Notes: generated by a model from the letters alone, not told the origin. DNA of 64,000 bases from an uncultured delta proteobacterium (GCA_963772835.1 CAVYYZ010000008.1:96001-160000), one strand, 5' to 3'. Counted from the stretch's first letter, positions 12,361 to 23,389 are shown. Program-made: numbers and translations.

Positions 12361-13590
12361 ATGGCAAAAACAAACAAACAGGAAATCAACAAGATCGTTC
12401 TGGCCTATTCGGGCGGGTTGGACACCTCCATTATCCTGAAATGGCTGAAAAATGAATATGGATGCAAAGTAGTTGCATTTTCGGCCGACCTTGGACAGGG
12501 GGAGGAGCTGGACCCGGTCCGCGAAAAAGCCCTGGCGACCGGAGCAGACAAGGTGTACATCGATGACCTGCGTGAGGAGTTCGTGCGTGACTTTGTTTTC
12601 CCGATGTTCCGTGCTAATGCCATTTACGAGGGACACTACCTGCTCGGCACCTCCATCGCCCGTCCTTTGATCGCCAAGCGCCAGATGGAAATCGCCGCAA
12701 AGGAAAAGTGCGATGCAGTGTCCCACGGTGCCACCGGCAAGGGGAACGATCAGGTCCGGTTTGAACTGGCCTACTACCACTTTAATCCGGCCATCAAGGT
12801 TATTGCCCCCTGGAGAATGTGGGATCTGAACAGCCGCCAGGCACTAATTGACTACGCCAAGAAGAATGATATTCCAATCCCTACCATTAAGAAGCGCCCC
12901 TGGTCGTCTGATCGAAATCTGCTGCATATCTCTTTTGAAGGTGGAATTCTGGAAGACACCTGGGCTGCAGCGCCGGAAGAGATGTATGTTCTGACAAAAT
13001 CACCGGAGAAAGCTCCCAACAAGGCGCAGTACGTGGAAATCGAGTTTAAAAACGGGAATGCCGTGGCCGTAGACGGGGAAAAAATGACTCCGGCGCAGCT
13101 TCTGGCGCACCTCAATTATCTTGGCGGCCAGCATGGCGTCGGGCGGGTTGACCTGCTGGAAAACCGTTCAGTAGGAATGAAGTCTCGCGGCGTTTACGAG
13201 ACCCCGGGCGGCACGATCCTCCGTGAAGCTCATTCGGCCGTAGAGCAGATCACCATGGACCGTGAAGTCATGCGTATCCGCGACAGCCTGATCCCCGAAT
13301 ATGCCAAACAGATCTACGCCGGCTACTGGTTCTCACCAGAGCGCCAGATGCTGCAGACACTGATTGACGATTCCCAGAAGTGCGTAAACGGCGTTGCCCG
13401 GGTCAAGCTGTACAAAGGGCTCTGCCGTACCGTCGGTCGCAAGTCCGACTCCGACTCTCTCTTCAACCTTGACTTTGCCACCTTTGAGAAGGATCAGGTA
13501 TTCAACCAGGCCGACGCCGAGGGGTTCATTAAGATAAACTCCCTGCGTCTGCGTATCCGTTCGCTGATGCAGGCTAATCGAAAGAAGTAA
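12361..13590 (+). CDS. argG: Argininosuccinate synthase
   Basis: [34 protein letters not shown]. Confidence 0.98.
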   Translation: MAKTNKQEINKIVLAYSGGLDTSIILKWLKNEYGCKVVAFSADLGQGEELDPVREKALATGADKVYIDDLREEFVRDFVFPMFRANAIYEGHYLLGTSIARPLIAKRQMEIAAKEKCDAVSHGATGKGNDQVRFELAYYHFNPAIKVIAPWRMWDLNSRQALIDYAKKNDIPIPTIKKRPWSSDRNLLHISFEGGILEDTWAAAPEEMYVLTKSPEKAPNKAQYVEIEFKNGNAVAVDGEKMTPAQLLAHLNYLGGQHGVGRVDLLENRSVGMKSRGVYETPGGTILREAHSAVEQITMDREVMRIRDSLIPEYAKQIYAGYWFSPERQMLQTLIDDSQKCVNGVARVKLYKGLCRTVGRKSDSDSLFNLDFATFEKDQVFNQADAEGFIKINSLRLRIRSLMQANRKK

Positions 13591-13593
13591 GTA

Positions 13594-14055
13594 TTGACAA
13601 AAAAGCGCTTTAAGAAAGAGCATATCGTTACCTCGGTTGTGGCAGTTATCGTGGATAACGACGGGCGGGTTCTCCTGACCAGACGGAGTATCAAGCCGTT
13701 CCAGAACCTGTGGGTCATGCCTGGAGGCAAGATCGATCTGGGAGAGCCGATTCTGGAGGCGTTGAAGCGTGAAGTGCATGAAGAGGTAGGCCTGGAGATA
13801 GAAATCGAAGAGCTGATTGACGTTTTCGAACATCTCACTCCCGGTGAAGAGAATTGCCACTTTGTTATCCTCTATTACCGTTGCCACCCGCTTTATTGTG
13901 ATGTAGTCCATAACGAACGGGAGGTGGCCGAGGCTGTCTGGGTACCCTCACATGAGCTGGCCGGCTATGTCATGCCGGCCGGTGCGCGTTACATACTGGG
14001 AAAGGTGTTTCCGGAACTTTCTTTACAGATTGCCGCCACTGTCGCCGATGCCTGA
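13594..14055 (+). CDS. Nudix hydrolase
   Basis: Nudix box GGKIDLGE..LEALKREVHEEVGL; TTG start. Confidence 0.9.
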   Translation: MTKKRFKKEHIVTSVVAVIVDNDGRVLLTRRSIKPFQNLWVMPGGKIDLGEPILEALKREVHEEVGLEIEIEELIDVFEHLTPGEENCHFVILYYRCHPLYCDVVHNEREVAEAVWVPSHELAGYVMPAGARYILGKVFPELSLQIAATVADA

Positions 14056-15217
14056 AATTATCGATAAAAAAGTAAACCTCGAATTCCCGCTGGGGCATCA
14101 TCTGCACTGCATGATTGCTCAGATACCCAATCACCTCAAACGGGCGGATATCGGTTTTTGTCTGGTGGATCCCGAAGAAAAATGGCGTCAGATAAGCTCG
14201 GTACTGGATCTGGTGGCTACCGGGGAAGGGAACCTGAAAAAACTCCATTTTCTGCTGTTTCCGGAATCAAGCCTGCCCGCCTCACGCTTCGATGATATGC
14301 TGTCAGTAATTGAACGGCGATTTCGTCCGAACACGGTAACGGTGTTCGGTGTTGAGCACATACTGCTGAGCCGGTATCGGGACCTGCTGGAACGTTTTCG
14401 TGAGGATAACGCCGAGGCCATCAGCTTGGTGGATCACGATATCGATTCCGGCGATGTCCTGGATATGCCGGTCAACTGGTGCTGCATTGCCGTCAAGGAG
14501 GCTGACGGGCGACTGCGGGTATTCATTGAGGCAAAGAGCCACCCCTTCCACGGCGAGGAGTATATTGACACATTCCATGACCTGTACCGTGGCAGGCATT
14601 TCTATCTGTTCCGCTGCCGTCCGTCGTGCTTCAATTTCATGGCAATAATATGTCTGGATTACCTGTATCGCGATCTGTACACGTCAAACATACAGCAGAT
14701 AGTCGATCATGCCAACCGGCTCTTCTTTAACACCCGGCAGGGGCTTGACGCACTGTTCGTTGCCCAGTGCAACCCAAAACCGGAACATCGCTCGTATCGC
14801 AATGTGATAAGCGGATTCTACGGCGAATATCTTGAGGATACGCCCGGGGTTCGCGAGACGGTGACCGTTTTCGGGAATGTATCGGAGGAGTCCACGATCG
14901 AGGGCTCTCCTGCAGTGAACGCTTTCGGCAATTCGTTTGTTGTGATCAACCACAATCATCGTTTGGCACAGGTCTGCTTTTCAGAGTTTGTCACGGATGA
15001 CTTTGACGGAGCCCCGGTCTGCCGGCTGCGCTTTGGCAAGGGAACGCGGCTGCTCTATTTCAATCTGCCTCCGCAACACGAGAATGACCCGCGCACCTCG
15101 CGGGTGCCCCTCAAGATTCATGCTATCATGGCTGTCGATGATTCCGGTGTCTGGCGCAAGATCATTGCTGATGAACCGCCTGCCGGGTATGAGATCGAGC
15201 GGATTGACGACGTATAG
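14048..15217 (+). CDS. Predicted carbon-nitrogen hydrolase (nitrilase-superfamily) protein
   Basis: MIAQ, LLFPE, EAKSHPF..EE, IICLD, GNSFVV in the order expected for the Glu-Lys-Cys fold; start overlaps the Nudix stop. Confidence 0.7.
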   Translation: MPEIIDKKVNLEFPLGHHLHCMIAQIPNHLKRADIGFCLVDPEEKWRQISSVLDLVATGEGNLKKLHFLLFPESSLPASRFDDMLSVIERRFRPNTVTVFGVEHILLSRYRDLLERFREDNAEAISLVDHDIDSGDVLDMPVNWCCIAVKEADGRLRVFIEAKSHPFHGEEYIDTFHDLYRGRHFYLFRCRPSCFNFMAIICLDYLYRDLYTSNIQQIVDHANRLFFNTRQGLDALFVAQCNPKPEHRSYRNVISGFYGEYLEDTPGVRETVTVFGNVSEESTIEGSPAVNAFGNSFVVINHNHRLAQVCFSEFVTDDFDGAPVCRLRFGKGTRLLYFNLPPQHENDPRTSRVPLKIHAIMAVDDSGVWRKIIADEPPAGYEIERIDDV

Positions 15218-15334
15218 GTCTTTGTCTCGGCATGAATTCCCGAAAACAGGGCGACTCCACTTTGATTTATTATTATTTTCGCGTATAGTGCTCAACCATC
15301 AACGTTACTATCAGGCAGAAGGAAACATTTCATC

Positions 15335-16711
15335 ATGTCCAAAGACAAACTGTGGGGCGGCCGATTTACTCAGCCCACCGACAAATTCGTGGAGGAGTTC
15401 ACCGCTTCCATCCAATTCGACAAGCGCCTGTATCATCAGGACATCCGTGGATCCATCGCTCATGCCCGCATGCTGGGCAAACAGGGGATCATCCCGCTCG
15501 AAGACGTTGAGCAGATCGTTCACGGGCTGCATACCATACTGGGGCAGATAGAGGCCGGTGAGTTCGATTTCTCCATCAGTCTTGAAGATATCCATATGAA
15601 CATCGAGTCGCGCCTGTCGGCGGCAATCGGTGAAGCCGGCAAGCGTCTGCACACCGGCCGTTCGCGCAACGACCAGGTAGCGCTGGATATCCGGCTGTAC
15701 CTGCGGGACGAGATTGTTGAGATTACAACGTATCTCGACATGCTGATTGATTCTCTGCTGGTGCAGGCTGAAGCACATCTGGATACGCGTATGCCCGGTT
15801 TCACCCATCTTCAGACGGCACAGCCGATCCTCTTTGCCCATCACCTGATGGCGTATGTCGAGATGTTCAAACGCGACAAGGGGCGTCTGGACGATTGCCT
15901 TACACGGGTCAATGTGCTCCCTCTGGGAGCCGGGGCGCTGGCAGGTACGACCTTCCCGATCGACCGTGAATATGTTGCCGAGCAGCTTGATTTTCCGGCG
16001 ATAACCCGCAACTCGCTCGACGCGGTTTCCGATCGTGACTTCGCCCTGGAATTTCTTGCGGACGCCTCAATCCTGATGATGCATCTATCCCGTTTCTCGG
16101 AAGAATTGATTCTCTGGTCAACCAGCGCATTTCAATTCATCGAATTGTCGGATGGCTTCTGCACCGGGTCATCAATCATGCCCCAGAAAAAGAATCCGGA
16201 CGTGCCTGAGCTGGTGCGGGGCAAAACCGGACGCGTCTATGGCAATCTGATGGCGTTGCTGACGACCATGAAGGCCCTGCCGCTGGCCTATAACAAAGAT
16301 ATGCAGGAGGACAAGGAGCCTCTCTTTGATACTATTGACACGGTCAAAGGCTGCCTCAAGATATTTGCCGATATGATACGTCACATGCGGGTGAATGTCG
16401 TCAATATGGGTAATGCCGCCGGCCAGGGGTTTTCGACGGCCACTGATGTCGCTGATTATCTGGTACGCAAGGGTCTGCCCTTCCGTGACGCCCATGAGGT
16501 GGTCGGTAAGTCGGTTGCGTATTGTGTGGAACACCGGAAGGATATTACCGAATTATCGTTGTCAGAATGGCAGACGTTTTCGGTAATAATCGGAAATGAT
16601 ATCTTCGAATGTATTACCGTTGAGGCCAGTATCAACGCCCGTAACGTCCCCGGCGGCACAGCTCGTGAGCGCGTATGGAGTGAGATTCAGAGCGTGCGAG
16701 CGGGGAACTGA
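15335..16711 (+). CDS. argH: Argininosuccinate lyase
   Basis: [35 protein letters not shown]. Confidence 0.98.
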   Translation: MSKDKLWGGRFTQPTDKFVEEFTASIQFDKRLYHQDIRGSIAHARMLGKQGIIPLEDVEQIVHGLHTILGQIEAGEFDFSISLEDIHMNIESRLSAAIGEAGKRLHTGRSRNDQVALDIRLYLRDEIVEITTYLDMLIDSLLVQAEAHLDTRMPGFTHLQTAQPILFAHHLMAYVEMFKRDKGRLDDCLTRVNVLPLGAGALAGTTFPIDREYVAEQLDFPAITRNSLDAVSDRDFALEFLADASILMMHLSRFSEELILWSTSAFQFIELSDGFCTGSSIMPQKKNPDVPELVRGKTGRVYGNLMALLTTMKALPLAYNKDMQEDKEPLFDTIDTVKGCLKIFADMIRHMRVNVVNMGNAAGQGFSTATDVADYLVRKGLPFRDAHEVVGKSVAYCVEHRKDITELSLSEWQTFSVIIGNDIFECITVEASINARNVPGGTARERVWSEIQSVRAGN

Positions 16712-16717
16712 CGTACA

Positions 16718-17593
16718 ATGTATTGTGACTTTTTCGGTTTTTCTGAAAAACCATTCACGATTACCCCTAATCCGCATTTTGTATTTTTGAGCAGTATTCA
16801 CCGCGAGGCATTTGCCCGTTTACTGTACGGAGTCGATAGCCATGCCGGCTTCATCGCTCTGACGGGTGAAGTTGGCACCGGCAAGACAACCATGCTTCGC
16901 ACACTGTTGACTCAACTCGATTCAGAGAAGTACACCAGTGCCCTTATCTTCAATCCCTGCATGTCTGCTGAGCAGCTTCTTGCCGCCATATGCCGGGAGT
17001 TCGGCATCGAGTCCGGCGAGAAGAACCGTTTCGGCTATCTTGATGCTCTTAACTCTTTTCTGATTGCGCAGAATAGCACTGGCCGGACGGTTATCCTTGT
17101 TATTGACGAAGCCCAGAATCTGGAGCCGGATGTCCTTGAGCAGGTACGGATGATCTCCAATCTGGAGACGGAACGGGACAAGCTGATCCAGATCATCCTG
17201 GCCGGCCAGCCGGAACTGAATGGAATCCTCCGCCAACATAACCTGCGCCAGCTTAATCAGCGTATCACCGTCCGGTGCCGGCTTACGCCGATGAAGCTTG
17301 ATGACACCGCCAGTTATATCAAACACCGCCTTAAAATATCAGGGAGCCGGATTCCGGACTTATTCTCCTCCGCTGCGATAAAGAGAATCTATCGCTTTTC
17401 ACGCGGCATACCCCGGTTGATAAATGTGGCATGCGAACAGTCACTCGTGATGGCCTGGACCCGGGAGACACACTATGTAACACCTGAAATTGCTGTTGAA
17501 ATTATTGCAGAACTTCAACCTGTTGATGAATGTGAAGGATACTGGGAAGGGCTCTGGTTCCGAATTTCACGTTGGCTTTTTGCCGGAAAGTGA
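16718..17593 (+). CDS. ExeA/GspA-family AAA ATPase (short, no peptidoglycan-binding C-terminal domain evident)
   Basis: FGFSEKPF, GEVGTGKTT, IDEAQNL, LAGQPEL, GIPRLIN. Confidence 0.85.
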   Translation: MYCDFFGFSEKPFTITPNPHFVFLSSIHREAFARLLYGVDSHAGFIALTGEVGTGKTTMLRTLLTQLDSEKYTSALIFNPCMSAEQLLAAICREFGIESGEKNRFGYLDALNSFLIAQNSTGRTVILVIDEAQNLEPDVLEQVRMISNLETERDKLIQIILAGQPELNGILRQHNLRQLNQRITVRCRLTPMKLDDTASYIKHRLKISGSRIPDLFSSAAIKRIYRFSRGIPRLINVACEQSLVMAWTRETHYVTPEIAVEIIAELQPVDECEGYWEGLWFRISRWLFAGK

Positions 17594-17602
17594 TCTGACC
17601 GT

Positions 17603-18295
17603 ATGAGTTATATACTTGATGCCCTGAAAAAAATTGAGCATGAAAAAAACAAAAAAGCGAGGCCGGATGGAAGGGTCAGCATTTCCGGCGATCTGTTTCA
17701 GGAGCGGCAGCGCCCCGCAGTACAAGCCGGAAAATGGAAGTTCCTGGTGCTTATCCTTCTGGCATCGCTGGTGACTTTTGCGGGTACCTGGTTTGTATTT
17801 CAAGGAAACAGCACAAAGAGCGCAAATGTTGTCCGGCCGGTTGCCCCGCCGCTCCCGGTTTCCGTACCTTCTCCTGTCGAGATGCGTGCTGTCACGCCCC
17901 AGGTTTCTCCCGTTGCAGTGCCTCCTGAAGTCCCGGCCACTCCGGTTGCCGTCGTGCAGAAAAATACAGAGACTGTTGCAGATGATGATTCTCCCGCCCA
18001 CACTGTCAGGCACCCAAAAAAACGGACCAAACGTCACATCTCCCCGCCGGATCATCCTGTGCAAACGGTTCAAATGGTTCAGGCACCAGCCGGCATCATG
18101 CTGTCCGGGATCGCCTGGCAGGATGAGCGTACCGCCCGAAGAGCGGTCGTCAACGGCTTTCTGCTGAAGGAAGGTGCCGCCGTTTCGGGAGCAGTCATCA
18201 GTGATATTCAGACTGACCGGGTCCGTTTCTCTTCATCCGCGGGAATATTTGAAATAAAGCTGGATGCGGTATTACCTGCAGGGGCACAGCGATGA
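17603..18295 (+). CDS. GspB/ExeB-like membrane protein
   Basis: MSYILDALKK N-terminus, one TM helix, Pro-rich linker, C-terminal AVVNG..LKEG..I..I..DRV; follows exeA. Confidence 0.75.
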   Translation: MSYILDALKKIEHEKNKKARPDGRVSISGDLFQERQRPAVQAGKWKFLVLILLASLVTFAGTWFVFQGNSTKSANVVRPVAPPLPVSVPSPVEMRAVTPQVSPVAVPPEVPATPVAVVQKNTETVADDDSPAHTVRHPKKRTKRHISPPDHPVQTVQMVQAPAGIMLSGIAWQDERTARRAVVNGFLLKEGAAVSGAVISDIQTDRVRFSSSAGIFEIKLDAVLPAGAQR

Positions 18296-19062
18296 GTGGA
18301 TTCTGGCGATCACTGCTGGTTGTTGGATTATCTGTCATGACAACCGCCTGCGGCAGAAAAGGGCCGTTGATTTATCCCGATATGCTCGTCCCGGCTGCCC
18401 CGTCTGCAGTTACAGCACAGCAGAGAGGTGCCGCGGTAAAACTTCAATTCACCCTTCCTGATAAGGACCGCGCCGGGAGGGCCGTTCAGGGTGTGGCAGG
18501 TGTGAAAATCAGCAGGCTTGCGGCCGAGACGGTCCAGAATGATGTGTGCCGATCCTGTATGACGGATTTCCGATTGTTTAGAACACTCTATCTTGAAAAC
18601 CTTCAGGCGGATACCCAGCGTTTCGGAAGCCTGCTGATTCTGCTTGACAGTGATGTCAGTGCAGGTAACTCCTATTCCTACAGTATCGTTCCATTCACTT
18701 CGGATACCATTGATGGCGCCTCATCGGCAGTTGCGACCGTCCGTATGGCCACGGTGTTTCCTGCACCGGCCATAAAAATAGAGTCGTATCCTACAGAAGT
18801 GAAACTTCTGATTTCCATTCAGCCGCAGGTATCAGGACGCGTACTCGGCTTCAACCTGTACCGGTCATCTGGAACGTCTGCCCACTCTTTTCAGCCGCTA
18901 AACAGAGAAATGGTGAATGGTAACGAGTATATTGATGCCACTCTTGAGCGGAACGTGAAGTACCGCTATCTGGCCAGGGCACTGGTACTGCAGGTATCGG
19001 GAGATGTTGCGGAAAGCCTTGAATCGCCGGAGGTGGAGGGGATGTTAAAGAACGACGAATAA
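18292..19062 (+). CDS. Lipoprotein with LptM(YifL)-like N-terminus and fibronectin-III-like beta domains
   Basis: Lipobox TTAC followed by GRKGPLIYP; CxxC; YSY and GFNLYRS..YIDAT..YRY patterns. Confidence 0.7.
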   Translation: MSGFWRSLLVVGLSVMTTACGRKGPLIYPDMLVPAAPSAVTAQQRGAAVKLQFTLPDKDRAGRAVQGVAGVKISRLAAETVQNDVCRSCMTDFRLFRTLYLENLQADTQRFGSLLILLDSDVSAGNSYSYSIVPFTSDTIDGASSAVATVRMATVFPAPAIKIESYPTEVKLLISIQPQVSGRVLGFNLYRSSGTSAHSFQPLNREMVNGNEYIDATLERNVKYRYLARALVLQVSGDVAESLESPEVEGMLKNDE

Positions 19063-19091
19063 CTCTCTGAATCAATCAGTCGCAGATATGA

Positions 19092-19131
19092 AACGAGCAA
19101 GGGCATCCACGTGTGGATGCCCTTGCTCGTT
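19092..19131. terminator. Perfect 19-bp inverted repeat between convergent genes
   Basis: AACGAGCAAGGGCATCCAC-GT-GTGGATGCCCTTGCTCGTT. Confidence 0.65.
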
Positions 19132-19230
19132 AAACAGCAGTCATTCAGGTGAGCCGATATGGCAACACGACTCAATGCTTCTGAGGGCATAGAATGCCTC
19201 GACTTCTCGTAACTGATCTACATGTGCAAC

Positions 19231-19262
19231 AAAAAAGCGGCACCCTGAAAAGGGTGCCGCTT
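19231..19262 (-). terminator. Intrinsic terminator of atpZIBE
   Basis: GCGGCACCCT/AGGGTGCCGC stem with an A6 tract (U-tail on the minus strand) just past the atpE stop. Confidence 0.85.
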
Positions 19263-19287
19263 AGGTTGAAGCAATGTCAGTTAAAAA

Positions 19288-19563
19288 TTACTTGGCAACA
19301 GTTTCAGCAAGTTTCAAAGCGATATCTTTGTAAGGGTTGGCGAACAGGATGATCAGGCAGACAACCAGTGCATAGATTGCGAGGGACTCGATCATGGCCA
19401 GACCGATCATCATGGTGGTCAGGATCTTCCCGGAAGCGCCGGGATTGCGTGAAACGCCTTCAACGGCGCTTTTGACTGCGAGACCCTGGCCAATGCCGGT
19501 GCCTATGGTGCCCAGTGCCATACCAATACCTGCTGCAAGAACGCACATCGTGAAAAAGTTCAT
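19288..19563 (-). CDS. atpE: ATP synthase F0 subunit c
   Basis: GxGxGxG motif, RNP loop, MIESLAIY ion-binding Glu. Confidence 0.97.
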   Translation of the reverse strand: MNFFTMCVLAAGIGMALGTIGTGIGQGLAVKSAVEGVSRNPGASGKILTTMMIGLAMIESLAIYALVVCLIILFANPYKDIALKLAETVAK

Positions 19564-19624
19564 CTTTACTACCTCCGTATGGGTTTTGTCTCCTAAACTG
19601 TATAGGAGTATTTGAGATTGATAA

Positions 19625-20314
19625 TCAGTGTGCGTGCTCCAGCGAACCCTGGATATAGATCATGGCCAGGAGCATAAACACAAAAGCCTGGATGAATGAT
19701 ACCAGTACACCCATCAACATCATCGGCAGGGGAACGAGGAATGGTGCCAGGCCGAAGAAAATCATCAGTACGAGCTCGTGGCCGTTCATGTTGCCGAACA
19801 GACGCAGTGTCAGCGAAACCGGGCGGCTCAGGTGGCCGATAACTTCAATGAAGAACATTACCGGGGCCAGCCAGGCGATTGGTCCGAGGAAGTGCTTTAT
19901 GTAGCCGAATCCGTGATGTTTGATCCCGACTACATGAGTTGAGATGAAAACGATTACCGCACAGGCTGCCGTCGTGTTTATGTTGGCGGTCGGCGGGAAA
20001 AAACCGGGGATCAGTCCGATAAGGTTGGATACAAGCACAAATATCGCGAGCGTGGCGATCAGCGGGAAGAAGGGGCGGCCATGTTCTCCCATTGTGTCGA
20101 CGATCATGGTTTCAATACCACCGATGACGGCTTCCATGAAGTTCTGTACCCCGCTTGGAATCGACTTGAGTGCCGATGTGGCCAGCAGCGAAAGAATCAG
20201 CAGCAGCACAATTATCAGCCAAGTGTAGGCGATCGCATCGGCGCTTGCTCCGGTTATGTGGAGCGGCGCAAGCAGTGTGCGGAAAAACTCGAGAAACAGT
20301 AACGGGTGAACCAT
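19625..20314 (-). CDS. atpB: ATP synthase F0 subunit a
   Basis: [28 protein letters not shown]. Confidence 0.97.
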   Translation of the reverse strand: MVHPLLFLEFFRTLLAPLHITGASADAIAYTWLIIVLLLILSLLATSALKSIPSGVQNFMEAVIGGIETMIVDTMGEHGRPFFPLIATLAIFVLVSNLIGLIPGFFPPTANINTTAACAVIVFISTHVVGIKHHGFGYIKHFLGPIAWLAPVMFFIEVIGHLSRPVSLTLRLFGNMNGHELVLMIFFGLAPFLVPLPMMLMGVLVSFIQAFVFMLLAMIYIQGSLEHAH

Positions 20315-20318
20315 TGAG

Positions 20319-20699
20319 CTAGCCTCCTGCGCACAGGGCGCTGTATAGTGAAAGTGCAATAATATTGATTACAATAACGGAAAGTCCGACAAAAAGCCCG
20401 GCCAGTGAAAACCACCCGGACGTTATAATGAAATAGATCAGCAGTCCGGTCAGACTCAGCCGGGCGATGAACCTGAGTTGAGCGTACATTGATGCTTTCG
20501 CCGGCAACTGACCGAGAATCCGTTGCAGAACGTTACGGATCCAGAAAAAATTGGCAATCGCGATGCATCCGCCAGCCAGTACACCAAGGCCTGCTCTTTG
20601 CGAAAACAGAGCCCACCCGGCCATGGTTAGAAAAGCCAGCAGCCCCAGACTTCCCTTGATGATGACAGCAAAGAGGTTATCCTCATTGATCGCTATCAT
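20319..20699 (-). CDS. atpI: ATP synthase subunit I
   Basis: Four-TM hydrophobic protein directly upstream of atpB. Confidence 0.75.
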   Translation of the reverse strand: MIAINEDNLFAVIIKGSLGLLAFLTMAGWALFSQRAGLGVLAGGCIAIANFFWIRNVLQRILGQLPAKASMYAQLRFIARLSLTGLLIYFIITSGWFSLAGLFVGLSVIVINIIALSLYSALCAGG

Positions 20700-20919
20700 C
20701 ACTTTTGCGGATCTCCCTGCCGGCGATAACGTACACATTCTTGAAACCGGCGGCAATCCCGATAAACAGAAAAATATAAAAGAACCATGGTTTCGTGCCA
20801 AGCCAGCGGTCAAGGGTCAAACCAAACCAGACCCCGATGACAATCGCCAGTACAACGGAGATGCCCATGCTGGAAACCATTGCAAGGCTCTGGAAAAGCT
20901 GACGTTTAGTACCTGTCAT
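20683..20919 (-). CDS. atpZ: AtpZ/AtpI-family protein
   Basis: G..LDRWLGTKPWF...GIAAGF signature. Confidence 0.85.
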   Translation of the reverse strand: MTGTKRQLFQSLAMVSSMGISVVLAIVIGVWFGLTLDRWLGTKPWFFYIFLFIGIAAGFKNVYVIAGREIRKSDDSDQ

Positions 20920-21005
20920 GATAAACCCGGTAGTAGGCGTGCTTTAGAACCGGTATTCCATACCACAGGCAGAACTGATATGTCAAACAGAAACGAATAC
21001 ATATG

Positions 21006-22292
21006 TTACGCGATCAGTTTGAAACATCGGGCCGCTGCCGCAATCGTTTTTTCGATGTCTGAATCGCTATGGGCGGCTGAAACGAAGGCGGTCTCAAATT
21101 GAGAGGGAGCCAGATAGACCCCTTCATCCAGCATGCCGAGGAAATATTTTGCAAACGCCTTCGTATCGCACTTGCTGGCTGTTGGCCAGTCATGTACCTC
21201 GTCCTTGCTGAAGAAGGTACAAAACATACTGCCGACGCGGGTCGAGAAGATCGGATACCCGGCCATCTTTGCGGCATTGGCGATCCCACCGGATATCGCG
21301 CGACTCTTCTCTTCCAGTGCCGTGTAAAAGCCCGGCTGTTTGAGAATGTTCAGCGTTGCGATACCTGCCGACATGGCAAGCGGATTTCCTGACAATGTCC
21401 CCGCCTGGTACACTCCGCCTGATGGGGAGAGCTTTTCCATGATTTCGCGTTTGCCGCCGAAAGCGCCGACGGGGAGGCCCCCTCCGATGATCTTGCCGAG
21501 TGTCGTCATGTCCGGAGTAACGCCGTATAACTCCTGGGCACCGCCGTAGGCAACTCGAAAGCCGGACATGACTTCATCAAAAATCAGTACAATTCCCTCG
21601 TTGCTGCAGATTTCCCGAAGTCCTTCCAGAAATCCTTCACGCGGAGGAACTGTCCCCATATTGCCGGCGACCGGTTCAACGATGATACAGGCAATGGCAT
21701 CCCTGTTTTCGGTTACAAGCCTTCTGACAGAATCAAGCGAATTGAATTCCGCCGTGAGGGTGTGTTTGGCGACATCGGCCGGTACTCCCGGAGAGTCTGG
21801 TACGCCGAACGTGGCGGCGCCTGAACCGGCCTTGACCAGCAGGGCGTCGGAATGTCCGTGATAACAGCCGGAGAATTTCATTATTTTGTCACGCCCGGTG
21901 TATCCGCGAGCCAGTCTGATGGCGCTCATGGTCGCTTCAGTGCCGGAGCTGACCATGCGTACCATCTCAATTGAGGGGACTGCATCGATAACCATAGTGG
22001 CGAGAATGGTCTCCCGCTCTGTCGGGGCTCCAAAGCTTGCGCCGCTGGCCATGGTTTCCTGAACCGCCTTGATAACCTCGGGGTGGCAATGGCCGACAAT
22101 CATCGGCCCCCATGAGCCGACGTAATCGACAAAAGAATTGCCGTCTTCGTCATAAATGGTACATCCGGACGCCTTTTTGATGAAGAGCGGGTCTGCGCCG
22201 ACGGATTTGAAGGCGCGCACCGGGCTGTTGACGCCGCCGGGGATTGCTGCTTGAGCCTGCTGAAAAAGTAAGCTGGAACGTTCGTGATTCAT
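21006..22292 (-). CDS. hemL: Glutamate-1-semialdehyde 2,1-aminomutase
   Basis: [42 protein letters not shown]. Confidence 0.98.
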   Translation of the reverse strand: MNHERSSLLFQQAQAAIPGGVNSPVRAFKSVGADPLFIKKASGCTIYDEDGNSFVDYVGSWGPMIVGHCHPEVIKAVQETMASGASFGAPTERETILATMVIDAVPSIEMVRMVSSGTEATMSAIRLARGYTGRDKIMKFSGCYHGHSDALLVKAGSGAATFGVPDSPGVPADVAKHTLTAEFNSLDSVRRLVTENRDAIACIIVEPVAGNMGTVPPREGFLEGLREICSNEGIVLIFDEVMSGFRVAYGGAQELYGVTPDMTTLGKIIGGGLPVGAFGGKREIMEKLSPSGGVYQAGTLSGNPLAMSAGIATLNILKQPGFYTALEEKSRAISGGIANAAKMAGYPIFSTRVGSMFCTFFSKDEVHDWPTASKCDTKAFAKYFLGMLDEGVYLAPSQFETAFVSAAHSDSDIEKTIAAAARCFKLIA

Positions 22293-22450
22293 GGCAAAAC
22301 CTCATGTCTCGAATGGTATGGTTTCCGGGGTAATAGAAGAGGCATAACTATCACGCAGTCTATAAACGTGTCAATGGTAAAGTAGTAATTTCATTATATT
22401 TTAGAACACTGTGTCCAACATTTATGTTTTAAACAGGGACAAAAAAACTG

Positions 22451-22503
22451 TTGACAAAGAAAAGCAAATAAACTATTCAATGCAACGTTTGTATACAGTA
22501 TAC
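22451..22503 (+). promoter_or_regulatory. Putative sigma70 promoter of the nuo operon plus tandem GTATAC operator
   Basis: TTGACA-N17-TATTCA (22451-22479), then GTATAC-A-GTATAC (22491-22503) before the RBS. Confidence 0.55.
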
Positions 22504-22526
22504 CGTTCGCAGTAAGGAGGATTTTA

Positions 22527-22883
22527 ATGCTTGGTGCATACCTGCCAATACTTCTTTTAGTAATCGTGGCAATAGGTTTCGGGCTTGTGTCCCTTGTCAT
22601 GTCATCCCTGATTGGCCAGAAAAAACCCTCAAAGCTGAAACTGCAGCCGTACGAAAGTGGCTGTGACCCTGTCGGAACCGCCCGCGAACGCTACTCAATC
22701 AAGTTTTACCTGATTGCCATGATGTTCATCCTGTTCGATATCGAGGCAGTGTTCCTGTACCCATGGGCCATCCTGTACAAAAAACTGGGCGTTTTCGGTC
22801 TGGTTGAGATGGGGGTTTTCATTGTCATTCTTTTTGTTGGTTATATTTATGTCTGGAAAAAAGGAGCGCTGGAATGGGAGTAG
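22527..22883 (+). CDS. nuoA: NADH-quinone oxidoreductase subunit A
   Basis: PYESG, FDIE, KKGALEW. Confidence 0.97.
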   Translation: MLGAYLPILLLVIVAIGFGLVSLVMSSLIGQKKPSKLKLQPYESGCDPVGTARERYSIKFYLIAMMFILFDIEAVFLYPWAILYKKLGVFGLVEMGVFIVILFVGYIYVWKKGALEWE

Positions 22884-23389
22884 ACAATCCGCTTGGCGAT
22901 AACGTTATCACCACGTCACTGGACCTTTTGGTTAACTGGTCCCGGAAGTCATCCATCTGGCCGATGACCTTTGGTCTGGCCTGTTGTGCAATAGAAATGA
23001 TGGCAACCGGTGCATCCCACAACGACCTGGACCGCTTCGGTATCATATTCCGCGCATCACCCCGCCAGTCTGACTGCATTATCATTGCCGGGACCGTTAC
23101 CAAAAAAATGCTGCCGGTTATCAAGACTGTCTATGAGCAGATGCCTGAGCCGAAATGGGTTATTGCCATGGGAGCCTGCGCCTGTTCCGGCGGAATTTTT
23201 GACACCTACAGTGTTGTTCAGGGCATTGACGAGGCTCTGCCCGTCGATGTCTACATCCCCGGCTGTCCTCCCCGTCCCGAGGCGCTTTTGTTCGGTCTGA
23301 TGAAACTGCAGGACAAGATCATGAAGGAACGCAACTCATTCGGGTCTGCTATCGGACTGGGTGAACGCTATATTCCGGAAGCAGCCTGA
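22874..23389 (+). CDS. nuoB: NADH-quinone oxidoreductase subunit B
   Basis: [23 protein letters not shown]. Confidence 0.97.
   Translation: MGVDNPLGDNVITTSLDLLVNWSRKSSIWPMTFGLACCAIEMMATGASHNDLDRFGIIFRASPRQSDCIIIAGTVTKKMLPVIKTVYEQMPEPKWVIAMGACACSGGIFDTYSVVQGIDEALPVDVYIPGCPPRPEALLFGLMKLQDKIMKERNSFGSAIGLGERYIPEAA

Noticed and set aside
19288..20919. F0 genes separated from atpF and the F1 genes
   Set aside because: The split atp operon is the normal arrangement in this lineage
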